A stretch of DNA of 64,000 bases from an uncultured Thermoanaerobaculia bacterium. Lineage in GTDB: Bacteria; Acidobacteriota; Thermoanaerobaculia; Thermoanaerobaculales; Sulfomarinibacteraceae. Of this stretch, positions 18,030 through 26,544 are shown piece after piece (within the stretch, counting starts at the first letter, position 1; every line of letters starts with the position of its first letter). Both the position numbers and the translations under genes were made by a program. Where the stretch lies: positions 169-64,168 of the forward strand of contig CAZMED010000001.1 in NCBI GenBank assembly GCA_964565045.1, written 5' to 3'. Below the pieces are notes generated by a model. The model did no database searches. It was given only the letters and a program-made list of their open reading frames with translations, and was not told where the DNA came from.

Positions 18030-18965
18030 TCAAAGGTACTTGAGCGTCTCGCTGGCGGTTGCCGCCTCGCTCCCATCGGGGGCGAGCTCGAGGTAGATCT
18101 CGAGGTGCTTCCTGGCGCCTTCCATGTCGCCCCGCCTGAGGAGCAGCATGCCGTACTCGAAGTGGCAGAGCGCGAACTCCGGGTCCGACGCGATGCACTG
18201 CTCGAGCAGCGGCTGCGCACTCTCGTCGTCGAGCTTGTTGAGGAACACAGCGGCGCTGTTGTAGAGCAGGGCCGGATCGTCCGGATTGAGCTCCTTGTAG
18301 CGGGCCATGAACTCGCTGTGGGCGGCCTCGTCGCCGAGCTCGCCGGCCGCGTTGGCGGCGATCGCCAGGCAGTCGACCGACTCGTCGTCGATTGCCAGGC
18401 AGCGACGGGCGGCCGCGAGGGCCTCCTCGGGCCGGCCGAGATCGAGGTTGAGGTCCGCCACTGCGGTCACCGCGGGCAGCAGACCGGGCACCGCCGCCTC
18501 CGCCTCCTCGAACTTCGCCAGCGCGCCTTCTTTGTCGCCGGCCTGGTAGAGCCTCCGCGCCTCGCCGATCTCCTTGTAGCCGGGTTGATCCAGGATCTCG
18601 GCGGTGGTGGCAGCCTGCGCCTCCTGGATCGAGGCGAGGGTGAACTCGAAAAGCGCGTCGGTGGAGCCGACAGCGACCTTGAACGGACGCTCCTGCGCCT
18701 GGTAACCCTTGGCTTCGACGTGCATCATGTAACGCCGGGTGGCATCGAGGATCAGGACCTTGAAGGTGCCTTTCTTGTCGGTTTTCACGACCTTTTCGAA
18801 GGCCGCGACGTCGGTGCTGGTGATCGTGACCACGGCATCGGCGATGGGCTGACCGTTGCTGTCGGTCACGCGCCCGGAGATCCGCGCCTGCGAGGCGGCG
18901 AAGGCGCCGGCAGCCTGGAGGGCGATCAGGGCGGTCGCGAGGACCGTGATGGTACGGATGCGCAT
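18030..18965 (-). CDS. Secreted carboxypeptidase-regulatory-like domain + TPR repeat protein
   Basis: Signal peptide MRIRTITVLATALIALQAAGAFA and a CarboxypepD_reg-type segment ISGRVTDSNGQPIADAVVTITS...KKGTFKV, followed by TPR-like repeats. Confidence 0.7.
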   Translation of the reverse strand: MRIRTITVLATALIALQAAGAFAASQARISGRVTDSNGQPIADAVVTITSTDVAAFEKVVKTDKKGTFKVLILDATRRYMMHVEAKGYQAQERPFKVAVGSTDALFEFTLASIQEAQAATTAEILDQPGYKEIGEARRLYQAGDKEGALAKFEEAEAAVPGLLPAVTAVADLNLDLGRPEEALAAARRCLAIDDESVDCLAIAANAAGELGDEAAHSEFMARYKELNPDDPALLYNSAAVFLNKLDDESAQPLLEQCIASDPEFALCHFEYGMLLLRRGDMEGARKHLEIYLELAPDGSEAATASETLKYL

Positions 18966-19086
18966 ATCGGCCTCCCCACGCGCAGGAGCGCGTACCGCGA
19001 GCATACCCGGTTTTCCGGGAGGGCTCAACGCCGCGGAGCGGTGCTGGGGCCGGGCGACGACGCGTCGGGCGAACCCGGCCGGACGA

Positions 19087-19989
19087 TCAGCGGAAGGGCA
19101 GCATCGCCTTCATGACGTGGCGGGCGACGGTGGGGTTCTCGCGCAACCGGCGCATGGAGTACGGGTACCAGTCCCGGCCGAAGGGCACGTACACCCGGAG
19201 CCGATGTCCGGCGGCGAGGATGATCCGCCGCAGCTCGGGGTCGACGCCGAGCAGCATCTGGAACTCGTAGCGGTCGCGACCGAGCTGCAGGCGGTCGGCC
19301 GCCGCCATTCCGTGGCACACGAGCAGCGGGTCATGGGTGGCGATGCCGACGTAGCAGCCTTGCCCCAGCAGCTTCTCCACGGCGGCGATGAAGTTGGCGC
19401 GGATGCTGTCGAAGTCCTTCCAGGCGATCGCCCGGGGCTCGCGGTAGATCCCTTTGCAGATCCGGATGTTCGGCCGCAGCGGCAGGAGATCGTTGATGTC
19501 GGGCAGGGTGCGGTGGAGGTAGGCTTGCAGCACCACGCCCACCGCCTGCGGATGGGCCTCGTAGACCCTGCGGTACAGACGCAGCGTTGCGTCCGTGCAG
19601 GTGTGGTCCTCCATGTCGATGCGGACGAAGTTCCCCCGGGCGGCGGCGTCGGCAACGATCGTCTCCACGTGCGCTGCGCACAGCTCCTCGTCGATCTTGA
19701 GCCCGAGCATGGTCGGCTTGATGGAGACGTTGGCGTCGAGGCCTTCCGACTCGATGCGCGCCAGCAGGGCCAGGTACTGCTCGACCGCCTCCGCCGCCTT
19801 GGCGCGGTCCCGCACCTCTTCGCCGAGGACGTCGACGGTGCCCCTGGCGCCCTCGTCGTTCATCGCCCGCAGGGTGCGCACGGCGTCGTCCATCGTCTCG
19901 CCGGCAACGTAACGCTGCGCGACCCGGCCGACGATGGGTTTCGGAATCAGGGGCATCCCGTGCTTGACCAGCGAGTCGAACAGGCTCAT
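19087..19989 (-). CDS. Proline dehydrogenase (monofunctional PutA-like)
   Basis: MSLFDSLVKHGMPLIPKPIVGRVAQRYVAGET...DVLGEEV...NVSIKPTMLG...RICKGIY...YEFQMLLGV...YVPFG. A GAGGAG RBS is present. The ATG overlaps the stop of the upstream comF-like gene. Confidence 0.85.
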   Translation of the reverse strand: MSLFDSLVKHGMPLIPKPIVGRVAQRYVAGETMDDAVRTLRAMNDEGARGTVDVLGEEVRDRAKAAEAVEQYLALLARIESEGLDANVSIKPTMLGLKIDEELCAAHVETIVADAAARGNFVRIDMEDHTCTDATLRLYRRVYEAHPQAVGVVLQAYLHRTLPDINDLLPLRPNIRICKGIYREPRAIAWKDFDSIRANFIAAVEKLLGQGCYVGIATHDPLLVCHGMAAADRLQLGRDRYEFQMLLGVDPELRRIILAAGHRLRVYVPFGRDWYPYSMRRLRENPTVARHVMKAMLPFR

Positions 19990-20702
19990 GTGATTCTCCT
20001 CGAGTCGGGTGTTCGAGCGAGCACGGCGGCGTACACGACCGCGGCGCCGGCTGTGCGGAGCGCGCCGGCCGCGCGGCGCAGGGTGGCCCCGGTCGTGGTC
20101 ACGTCGTCGACCAGGAGCACCGCCACACCGTGCCGCGGGCCCCGGGCCCGGAAGCTGTGGTGCGGCAGCTGCAGGCGTCGGGCGCGGCTGCCGCCGGTCT
20201 GACGGCCGAGCCCGCGCCTCGCGAGCAGCCGGCGCGCCGGCAGTCCGAGGACGTGCGCGATCTCGTGCGCCAGGAGCTCGGCCGCCGCCCACGGGCGCCG
20301 CAGGCGCCTGAATGGGTGCGAAGGGACCCAGCTCACGACCTCGAGCTCCTCGGCCCAGGGCGCCGAGGCCACGCGGGCCGCCAGGCGCATGCCGAGCGGT
20401 GCCGCGAGGTCGTCGCGTCGGCCGTGCTTGAGCGCCAGCAGGGCGGTCCGGAGAGCGCCGTCGTGCTCGCCCCAGATCGCCGTTCCGGCCTGCGGCGGTG
20501 GCGCCCGCAGGCACTCCAGGCAGGGTTCGAGCGCGTCGTCCGTCGCCCCGCCGCAGCGCGCGCAGATCGTGCCCGGGCGCGGAATCACCGCGGCCCAGCA
20601 GGCTCTGCACAAGCCGCGATCCCGCCCGGCGAGCGGCTGCTCGCAGTGCGGACAGAGACCGGGCACCAAGGCCTCGATGGCGGCCGTCGCCACGCCCCCC
20701 AT
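19986..20702 (-). CDS. comF: ComF-family phosphoribosyltransferase-domain protein
   Basis: N-terminal Cys pairs CPHCEQP...CRACW...CARCGG...CLEC and a PRTase motif VLLVDDVTTTGATL. The start is approximate (ATG complement 20700-20702). Confidence 0.75.
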   Translation of the reverse strand: MGGVATAAIEALVPGLCPHCEQPLAGRDRGLCRACWAAVIPRPGTICARCGGATDDALEPCLECLRAPPPQAGTAIWGEHDGALRTALLALKHGRRDDLAAPLGMRLAARVASAPWAEELEVVSWVPSHPFRRLRRPWAAAELLAHEIAHVLGLPARRLLARRGLGRQTGGSRARRLQLPHHSFRARGPRHGVAVLLVDDVTTTGATLRRAAGALRTAGAAVVYAAVLARTPDSRRIT

Positions 20703-20879
20703 GCTCACGGCGCGTATGGTAACAGAGGAACCCGCCCCCCAGCCGAGCCCTCCGGTGCGGAGCCCGTATACTGGCGTCGTGCGTGCCATCCACCACGAAG
20801 CCGTGGCCACAGCGAAGCCGGAGAGCCGGCTCCGGGCCCCCAACGCGGGCGCCCGCGCCGAGATTGCGGGCTCGTTCTG

Positions 20880-21257
20880 ATGCCGCACCTCATCCTCGAA
20901 CGTGCGGTCGACCCGCGCCGGGTGCTCGAGGAGCTGCCGCGGGAGGTTCGCCGCTGGCGGGCTGCGGTGCTCAAGACGACCGAAGTGTGGAGCCGTTCGG
21001 ACCGTGCCGCGGTGCTGGTCGAGGGCGTGGTCGTCGAGCACTCGCGTCCGCTGCACCCGGTCGCGCTGGTCGGTCTCGGAGGCGAGGAGACCAGCGTCCG
21101 CCTCTGGGACCCGGCGCCGATCGAACGGACGCCGGCAGTCCAGCGTTGGCTGGCGCTGGTGGCCGCCGATCTCAAGGGGCTCGGCGCGGGCGATGCGCGA
21201 ACCACGAACATCGCGGCGGAGATCCTCGAGGGCCTCGAGCTCGGCGCCCCCCGCTGA
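20880..21257 (+). CDS. Hypothetical protein (125 aa)
   Basis: Strong GC3 codon bias in this frame, and the ATG follows an in-frame stop. No family recognised. Confidence 0.5.
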   Translation: MPHLILERAVDPRRVLEELPREVRRWRAAVLKTTEVWSRSDRAAVLVEGVVVEHSRPLHPVALVGLGGEETSVRLWDPAPIERTPAVQRWLALVAADLKGLGAGDARTTNIAAEILEGLELGAPR

Positions 21258-21284
21258 GGCCGCGCGCCGCGGGGAAACCCTCCC

Positions 21285-21869
21285 TCACCGCTTGAGAGCT
21301 TCGTCCACCTCGAGCCGGCGCTCCTGCGCCGACTGCTGGAGGTTCTCGAGTTGGTCGCGGACCCCGTCGGTGGCGAGGCGGGGCCCGGGGTCTCCGGCGG
21401 CCTCGCCGGCGAGCGTCGCGCGCGCCGCGTCGAGCTTGAAACGCGCCCGATCGAGGTGGGCCGCGGAGGGGTTCAGGGCGTACGCCCGGAGCTCACCGGC
21501 CGCGCTGCGCAGCGACACCGCCACGTGCAGGTCGGAGCTCGCCGACGGCGCGACGGCGGCCCAGGACCCCGTCGTCTCGGCGAACACGCGGAGGTCGGCG
21601 AGACGGTCGTCGATGGTGTCGGGGGCCGCCAGCAGCGCCTCGAGGGCTGCGACCATGGAGGCCGCGGCGGTGGGGTCGAACGGTTGTCCGGACGCACCCT
21701 CCTCGCGAAGCCCGTCGGCCATCGTGGCGACTGCGTCGAGGCTGGAGTCCGCGTCCCGGCCGCTCAGGTAGAGCACGTAGCCGGCGGCCACCAGCACCGC
21801 GATCATGAACGCGCCCGAGAATCGCACGCCGCCACCTCCAAGCTTCCAGTATAGCCCGCGGTGTGTCAT
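21285..21869 (-). CDS. Hypothetical membrane-anchored helical protein
   Basis: A single TM (FSGAFMIAVLVAAGYVLYL) followed by an Ala/Leu-rich helical region. Start uncertain (21869 or 21806). Confidence 0.5.
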   Translation of the reverse strand: MTHRGLYWKLGGGGVRFSGAFMIAVLVAAGYVLYLSGRDADSSLDAVATMADGLREEGASGQPFDPTAAASMVAALEALLAAPDTIDDRLADLRVFAETTGSWAAVAPSASSDLHVAVSLRSAAGELRAYALNPSAAHLDRARFKLDAARATLAGEAAGDPGPRLATDGVRDQLENLQQSAQERRLEVDEALKR

Positions 21870-21968
21870 CTGCCGCGGACACTTCATCGAGGCTGCCGTC
21901 CCGCCTTCCCGATTTCCGCTGCCTCGAACGCGGCACGGTCCTTGCTGAAGCTCCCGGCGGAGGATGAC

Positions 21969-22853
21969 ATGCCACGCACGACCCGGCCCCTGGTTTCGGC
22001 CCTCGCCGCGCTCGCGGCGCTCACCCTGGCCCCGACGGCGTCGGCGCAGCTCGCCGCGGACTGGATGGTCCCGGCTTCCGCCCACAATCCCGGCGTCGGT
22101 GGGACGTTCTGGAGGACCGACCTGTCCCTCCACAACCCCCACCAGTACGAGCTCCCGGTGGTCGTGCAGATGTTGCCAAGCGACTCCGAGAACGTGAACG
22201 TCCCGACCCTCGACCTCACCCTGTACCCGTGGGAGACCGTGAACCTGTGGGACGTGCTGGGCGCGGGCGCGTTCGACTTCGAGGGCACGGCGGCGATCCT
22301 CGCTTACGCGGATCCTTCTCTGGACTGTGATCCCATCGAGTCCTGCCACTTCCTGGCGACCTCGCGGACCTACACGCCGGACGGGTCGGGCGCTGGCGAG
22401 TACGGCCTGACCGTTGCCGGCGTCGGCGTCGGCCGCGCCACCGACTGGTCGCACTTCGGCTACGCGGCCGGGATTCTCAACGACGGGGCGTTCTTCCGCT
22501 GCAACGTCGGCGTCGCCTCGTGGACTCCGGAGTGGACCACGGTGCGGGTCGATGTGCAGAGCGCCGAGGGGCAGATCGTGAGTTCGGAGACCTTCGAGCT
22601 CCCGCCATTCGGCCACAGCCAGCGGCGGCTGGCGACCGCAGTCGAGGGCGGCAGCCTCGTCTTCTACCTCGAGGCCGGGCCGGACGATGCGGCCGTCTTC
22701 CCCTATGCCACCGTCATCAACCAGGTGACCGGGGACGCCAGCTTCTTCTTCGCGGAGGCGTCCACCGTCGGCGTCTCGGCGAGCAAGGGGCGAGTTGCCG
22801 CCGGCCGCCCGCCAGTGCCGCGAGCCGGCCCGGCCGTGGCGCTCTCGCGCTGA
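21969..22853 (+). CDS. Secreted hypothetical protein
   Basis: Signal peptide MPRTTRPLVSALAALAALTLAPTASA, then a beta-rich sequence (GGTFWRTDLSLHNP...). GGAGGA lies upstream of ATG 21969. No family name recalled. Confidence 0.6.
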   Translation: MPRTTRPLVSALAALAALTLAPTASAQLAADWMVPASAHNPGVGGTFWRTDLSLHNPHQYELPVVVQMLPSDSENVNVPTLDLTLYPWETVNLWDVLGAGAFDFEGTAAILAYADPSLDCDPIESCHFLATSRTYTPDGSGAGEYGLTVAGVGVGRATDWSHFGYAAGILNDGAFFRCNVGVASWTPEWTTVRVDVQSAEGQIVSSETFELPPFGHSQRRLATAVEGGSLVFYLEAGPDDAAVFPYATVINQVTGDASFFFAEASTVGVSASKGRVAAGRPPVPRAGPAVALSR

Positions 22854-22889
22854 GACGGCGCCGCCCTCGGGAGTGCCGCCTTTCGACGG

Positions 22890-22919
22890 GTGACACCGCG
22901 GACGGGTGGGGTTCATAAT
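22890..22919 (+). promoter_or_regulatory. Putative sigma70-type promoter for the GTPase-kinase fusion gene
   Basis: GTGACA (22890-22895), an 18-nt spacer, then CATAAT (22914-22919), about 25 nt upstream of ATG 22943. Pattern match only. Confidence 0.3.
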
Positions 22920-22942
22920 GGGTACTCCAGGTTCGGAGGCCC

Positions 22943-25114
22943 ATGGTCCAGTTCGACAACCAGAACCGGCAGATCAAGATCAAGATCGTCTTCTACGGAC
23001 CGGCCGTGGGCGGCAAGACGACCTCGCTGCAGCACATCCACCGCATCACCGACCCCGAGCAACGGACCAAGCTCTACTCGCTCAACACGGCCAACGACCG
23101 CACCCTGTTTTTCGATCTGCTGTCGCTGAACCTCGGCCGCATTCGCGACTTCCGTCTCGTGCTCCAAGTCTTCACGGTGCCCGGCCAGGTCCAGTACGAC
23201 GCCACGCGGCGCACCGTGCTCGCGGGCGCGGACGGGGTGGTCTTCGTCGCCGACTCGCAGGCGGCGCAGCGGCAGGCCAACCTCGCCTCGCTGGCCGACC
23301 TGAAGACCAATCTGGCGGCCAACAACCTCGACGCGGCGGCGACCCCGCTGGTCTTCCTGTACAACAAGCGCGATCTCGAGCCGGTGCTCGGCATCGACGC
23401 GATGGACGCCGAGCTCAACCCGGACGGACGGCCCTCCTTCGCCGCCGTGGCGACGCGGGGCGAAGGCGTCCTCGAGGCCTTCACCGCGATCGGCGAGTTG
23501 ACCCTGACGTCGATCGCCGAACGGCTCGGCATCGGCACCAGCCCTCAGGCTGCCGAGCAGCTGCGGCAGCAGATGGCGAGGGCGATGCAGCCCTATCTCG
23601 GCGCCGCGCCCGCCGCGGCTTCGGATGACGTCGAGATCACCCTGCCGGCCGGCCAAGGTGACGAGACCGGGGTGTTCAAGGACCGGGACCTGGTCGCCGA
23701 GGCGGTGCGCTCGAGCCTCGCCGTCACCGATCTCAGCAGCCGCCTCGACCTCGCGCAACGCCAGCTCGAGCGTCGGGTCCGCGAGATGGAGAACATCTCC
23801 GAGTTCGGCCGCGCGGTCAGCAACGAGCGCGATCCGGCGGCCGTGCTCCGCCTCCTCATCACCACCACCATCCGCCTCCTGCAGGTCAAAGGCGCGTCGG
23901 TGCTCGTCCGCCACGACTCGGAAACGCTCCGCGAGGCGGTGCTGCACGGTTTCGAGACCGATCCGCTGATGCGCCACACCGAGCACGACGGCCACCCTCT
24001 CGCAATGGCGCTGCTCGACGCCCGGACCCCATGCCTTCTCGCCCGCGGCCTGGACGACGACACCCAGGCGATGACCCTGATGGCGGTGGAGAACGCCGGC
24101 TTCACGTCGGCCGCGGCGGTGCCCCTTCTGACCCAGGACAAGACGGTGGGACTGCTCGCTGCATACGGCGACAGGGAGCGCCGCGATCTCGACGAGGGAG
24201 ACCTCCAGGCACTCTCCGTTCTTGGCGCCACGGCCGCCATGGGTTACGCCAACGCCATCGCCTGGCGGCAGATGGAGGAGCTCAGCCAGGGCCTCGAGGC
24301 CCAGGTCGCGGAGCGGACCGCCGAGCTCCGCAACACGCTCGCGGAGTCGCGCCGCCTGGCGGCCGACGTGGCCGACAAGAAGGCCCTCCTCGAGAGCGCC
24401 TACCGCGACCTCGCGGCCCTCGACGAGGTCAAGAACCAGCTCATCAACCGACTGTCGCTGGAGTTCCGCACGCCGGTCACCTCGCTCTTCACCGCCGCCA
24501 AGGTCCTCGGCCGCAGCGATCCGGTGCCGCCCGACAAGGCCGCCCGGCTGGTCACCGTCATCCGCGACGAGGCCGAGAAGCTGCTCGAGATGATCGAAAG
24601 CGTTTTCCAGGCCTCGGTGCTCGGCAGCGGCGCCGGCCGGGTGCAGCCCAACCCCGCCCCGGCTCAGGAGCTCTTCCGAAGCGCGATCGCGCCGCTGCGC
24701 GACCTCGCCCGGCAGCGCGGCGTCAAGGTCCAGGTGATGGCTCCGAACGACCTCGAGACCGTCCTGTGCGAACCCGAGTCGATCGAGGCGGCCCTGCGGG
24801 CGGTCATCCGCAACGGCATCGAGTTCAACCACCCGGGCGGCGAGGTCCGGCTCGAGGTGCGGCGGGTGTCCAGGGACGGCAGGCCCTGGCTCCAGCTGCG
24901 GGTGATCGACACCGGGCCCGGCATCCCGGAGGCGGACCTGCCCGAGGTCTGCTCGCCCTTCTGGCAGGGCGACGACGCCGCCGCGGGCAAGCGCTACGGC
25001 ATCGGCCTCGGCCTCACGATCGCCAAGCGGGTGGTCGAGAACCACGGCGGCGAGCTCAGCATCACAAGCGATCAGGGCGAGGGCACGCGGGTGGTTCTGA
25101 CCCTCCCCCAGTAG
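22943..25114 (+). CDS. MglA-like small GTPase fused to a GAF domain and a histidine-kinase-like core (degenerate H-box, intact HATPase_c)
   Basis: aa 1-195 carry MglA blocks (KIVFYGPAVGGKTTSLQHIH, DRTLFFDLL, FTVPGQVQYDATRR, GVVFVADSQ, YNKRD). A GAF-like region spans about aa 283-440. The DHp-like helix reads LINRLSLEFRTPVTSL. HATPase_c motifs are RNGIEFN, DTGPGI, SPFW and GIGLGL. It is a single uninterrupted 723-codon frame with GGAGG before the ATG. Confidence 0.85.
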   Translation: MVQFDNQNRQIKIKIVFYGPAVGGKTTSLQHIHRITDPEQRTKLYSLNTANDRTLFFDLLSLNLGRIRDFRLVLQVFTVPGQVQYDATRRTVLAGADGVVFVADSQAAQRQANLASLADLKTNLAANNLDAAATPLVFLYNKRDLEPVLGIDAMDAELNPDGRPSFAAVATRGEGVLEAFTAIGELTLTSIAERLGIGTSPQAAEQLRQQMARAMQPYLGAAPAAASDDVEITLPAGQGDETGVFKDRDLVAEAVRSSLAVTDLSSRLDLAQRQLERRVREMENISEFGRAVSNERDPAAVLRLLITTTIRLLQVKGASVLVRHDSETLREAVLHGFETDPLMRHTEHDGHPLAMALLDARTPCLLARGLDDDTQAMTLMAVENAGFTSAAAVPLLTQDKTVGLLAAYGDRERRDLDEGDLQALSVLGATAAMGYANAIAWRQMEELSQGLEAQVAERTAELRNTLAESRRLAADVADKKALLESAYRDLAALDEVKNQLINRLSLEFRTPVTSLFTAAKVLGRSDPVPPDKAARLVTVIRDEAEKLLEMIESVFQASVLGSGAGRVQPNPAPAQELFRSAIAPLRDLARQRGVKVQVMAPNDLETVLCEPESIEAALRAVIRNGIEFNHPGGEVRLEVRRVSRDGRPWLQLRVIDTGPGIPEADLPEVCSPFWQGDDAAAGKRYGIGLGLTIAKRVVENHGGELSITSDQGEGTRVVLTLPQ

Positions 25115-25127
25115 ACGTACGCCCCGT

Positions 25128-26507
25128 TCACGGCGCGGACAGGATCTCCCGGCGGCAGCCGTCGCCCGCCTCGCGGGCGGCGTCCGTGGCCGCGTCGACG
25201 GCGGCCTCGGAGGCGATCTCGAGCACGCCGCCGCCGCCGTCCGGCAGGGTTCGCGGCCAGGCGCCGATCTCGGGGATCTGGGCGCGGCCGATGTGGAGGC
25301 AGGCTCCAAGAGGCGTCGCCCGCCCGGGGCCGAAGACCTCGCGCAGGGCCGGCGGGAAGTCGGCGAGCCGCGCCAGCCGCGAGCCGACCCGGCGCGACAG
25401 GCGATCCAGCAGTGCCCGCCGGAGACGGTCGTGCGGCACCGGCAGGGTGGCCAGGACGTAGAGCACGAGGTCGGCCGGGACCGATGCGAGGTGGACCGCC
25501 AGGGTGGCGGTGCCGGGATCGACGCTGAAGTGCGGCGCGGCCGCGGCCGCGGTGCGCGACCACATCGTCACCACCCTGTGAATGAAGGAGTCGAGCTTGG
25601 CGACGTCGGGGCGGCGGAGAAACACCGCGCCGGCGAGGTCCGGCCACACCTGGTGGCGGTTCGCCGAGCGCTCGAGCTCCTCCAGGGTCAACGGCTCGGG
25701 GACGCCGCTTGCCCGCACCGAGCGCGCGAACACCATCTGGTTCCAGGCCGCGTGCGGGAGCCCGAGGAGGCCGACCGGTTCGCCGTCGGCCGCGGTGCGG
25801 CCGATCCCCGCGACCCGGAGCCTGGGCATGGGAACCAGGCCCGGGCTCGAGGCCAACCACTGGGCGATGGCGCCGACGATGTCGTGCACCTGGTCGTGGA
25901 GGTTGCTGAGCTCGTGCCCGCTCACCGATTCGTCGGTGGTGACACCGACTCGGACGAGCTCCCAGAAGAGGCTCTCGAAGGCCTCCCCGGTCAAGGGCAG
26001 CTCGTGCTCGAAGAGGTCCTGCTGCGGGACCGCATACTCGTCGGTGCGTCTCGCCGCCTCCATCAGCAGCCGGCTCGGCTGGACGTCGAGCCTGAGGCCG
26101 AGCACGTCGAGCACCGGATGGCGCGGGTCGAAGTCGAAGTGCACCTCGGGCGACACCAGGAGCCGGCTCGTGATCACCTCGGCGAGCTCGGAGAGGGCGC
26201 GGTGCAGGCTCGTCCCGTCGACGGTCCCGTGGGCGATCAGCAGGTCGGTGAACAGGGTGCGCCGGAGCATCGAAACAGCGAGCAGGCGCTGCAGCTCGGC
26301 CACGGGCGCCAGCCCGCGGGCGGCGATCCACGACGCGAGACGCTCTTCCGCGATCGTCGACGAGACGTAGCAGACCCTCCCGGAGTTGAAGTCCAAACGG
26401 CGCTCGCCGCGGCGGTCCTTGAGGGCCAGGCGGCCGCTGATGCCTCCCATCTGAAACCACTGCAGGAGGTCTCCGAAGTGCAGTCGGTCCAGGCTGCCGC
26501 TGATCAT
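25128..26507 (-). CDS. PATAN/DUF4388 domain protein
   Basis: N-terminal MISGSLDRLHFGDLLQWFQMGGISGRLAL fits the DUF4388 (PatA N-terminal-like) signature GSL..h.l.DllQ......tG.L.l. GGAGGA RBS present. The remaining ~350 aa are unassigned. Confidence 0.7.
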   Translation of the reverse strand: MISGSLDRLHFGDLLQWFQMGGISGRLALKDRRGERRLDFNSGRVCYVSSTIAEERLASWIAARGLAPVAELQRLLAVSMLRRTLFTDLLIAHGTVDGTSLHRALSELAEVITSRLLVSPEVHFDFDPRHPVLDVLGLRLDVQPSRLLMEAARRTDEYAVPQQDLFEHELPLTGEAFESLFWELVRVGVTTDESVSGHELSNLHDQVHDIVGAIAQWLASSPGLVPMPRLRVAGIGRTAADGEPVGLLGLPHAAWNQMVFARSVRASGVPEPLTLEELERSANRHQVWPDLAGAVFLRRPDVAKLDSFIHRVVTMWSRTAAAAAPHFSVDPGTATLAVHLASVPADLVLYVLATLPVPHDRLRRALLDRLSRRVGSRLARLADFPPALREVFGPGRATPLGACLHIGRAQIPEIGAWPRTLPDGGGGVLEIASEAAVDAATDAAREAGDGCRREILSAP

Positions 26508-26544
26508 CCTCCAAGTATAACCAGGCGTGCGCTACCATCTGGCG

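Noticed and set aside
19087-20796. A single 569-aa minus-strand ORF
   Set aside because: Only the last 300 codons are proline dehydrogenase, with its own GAGGAG RBS and an ATG at 19989. The upstream part is an out-of-frame read-through over the comF-like gene, which is encoded in a different frame (19986-20702).
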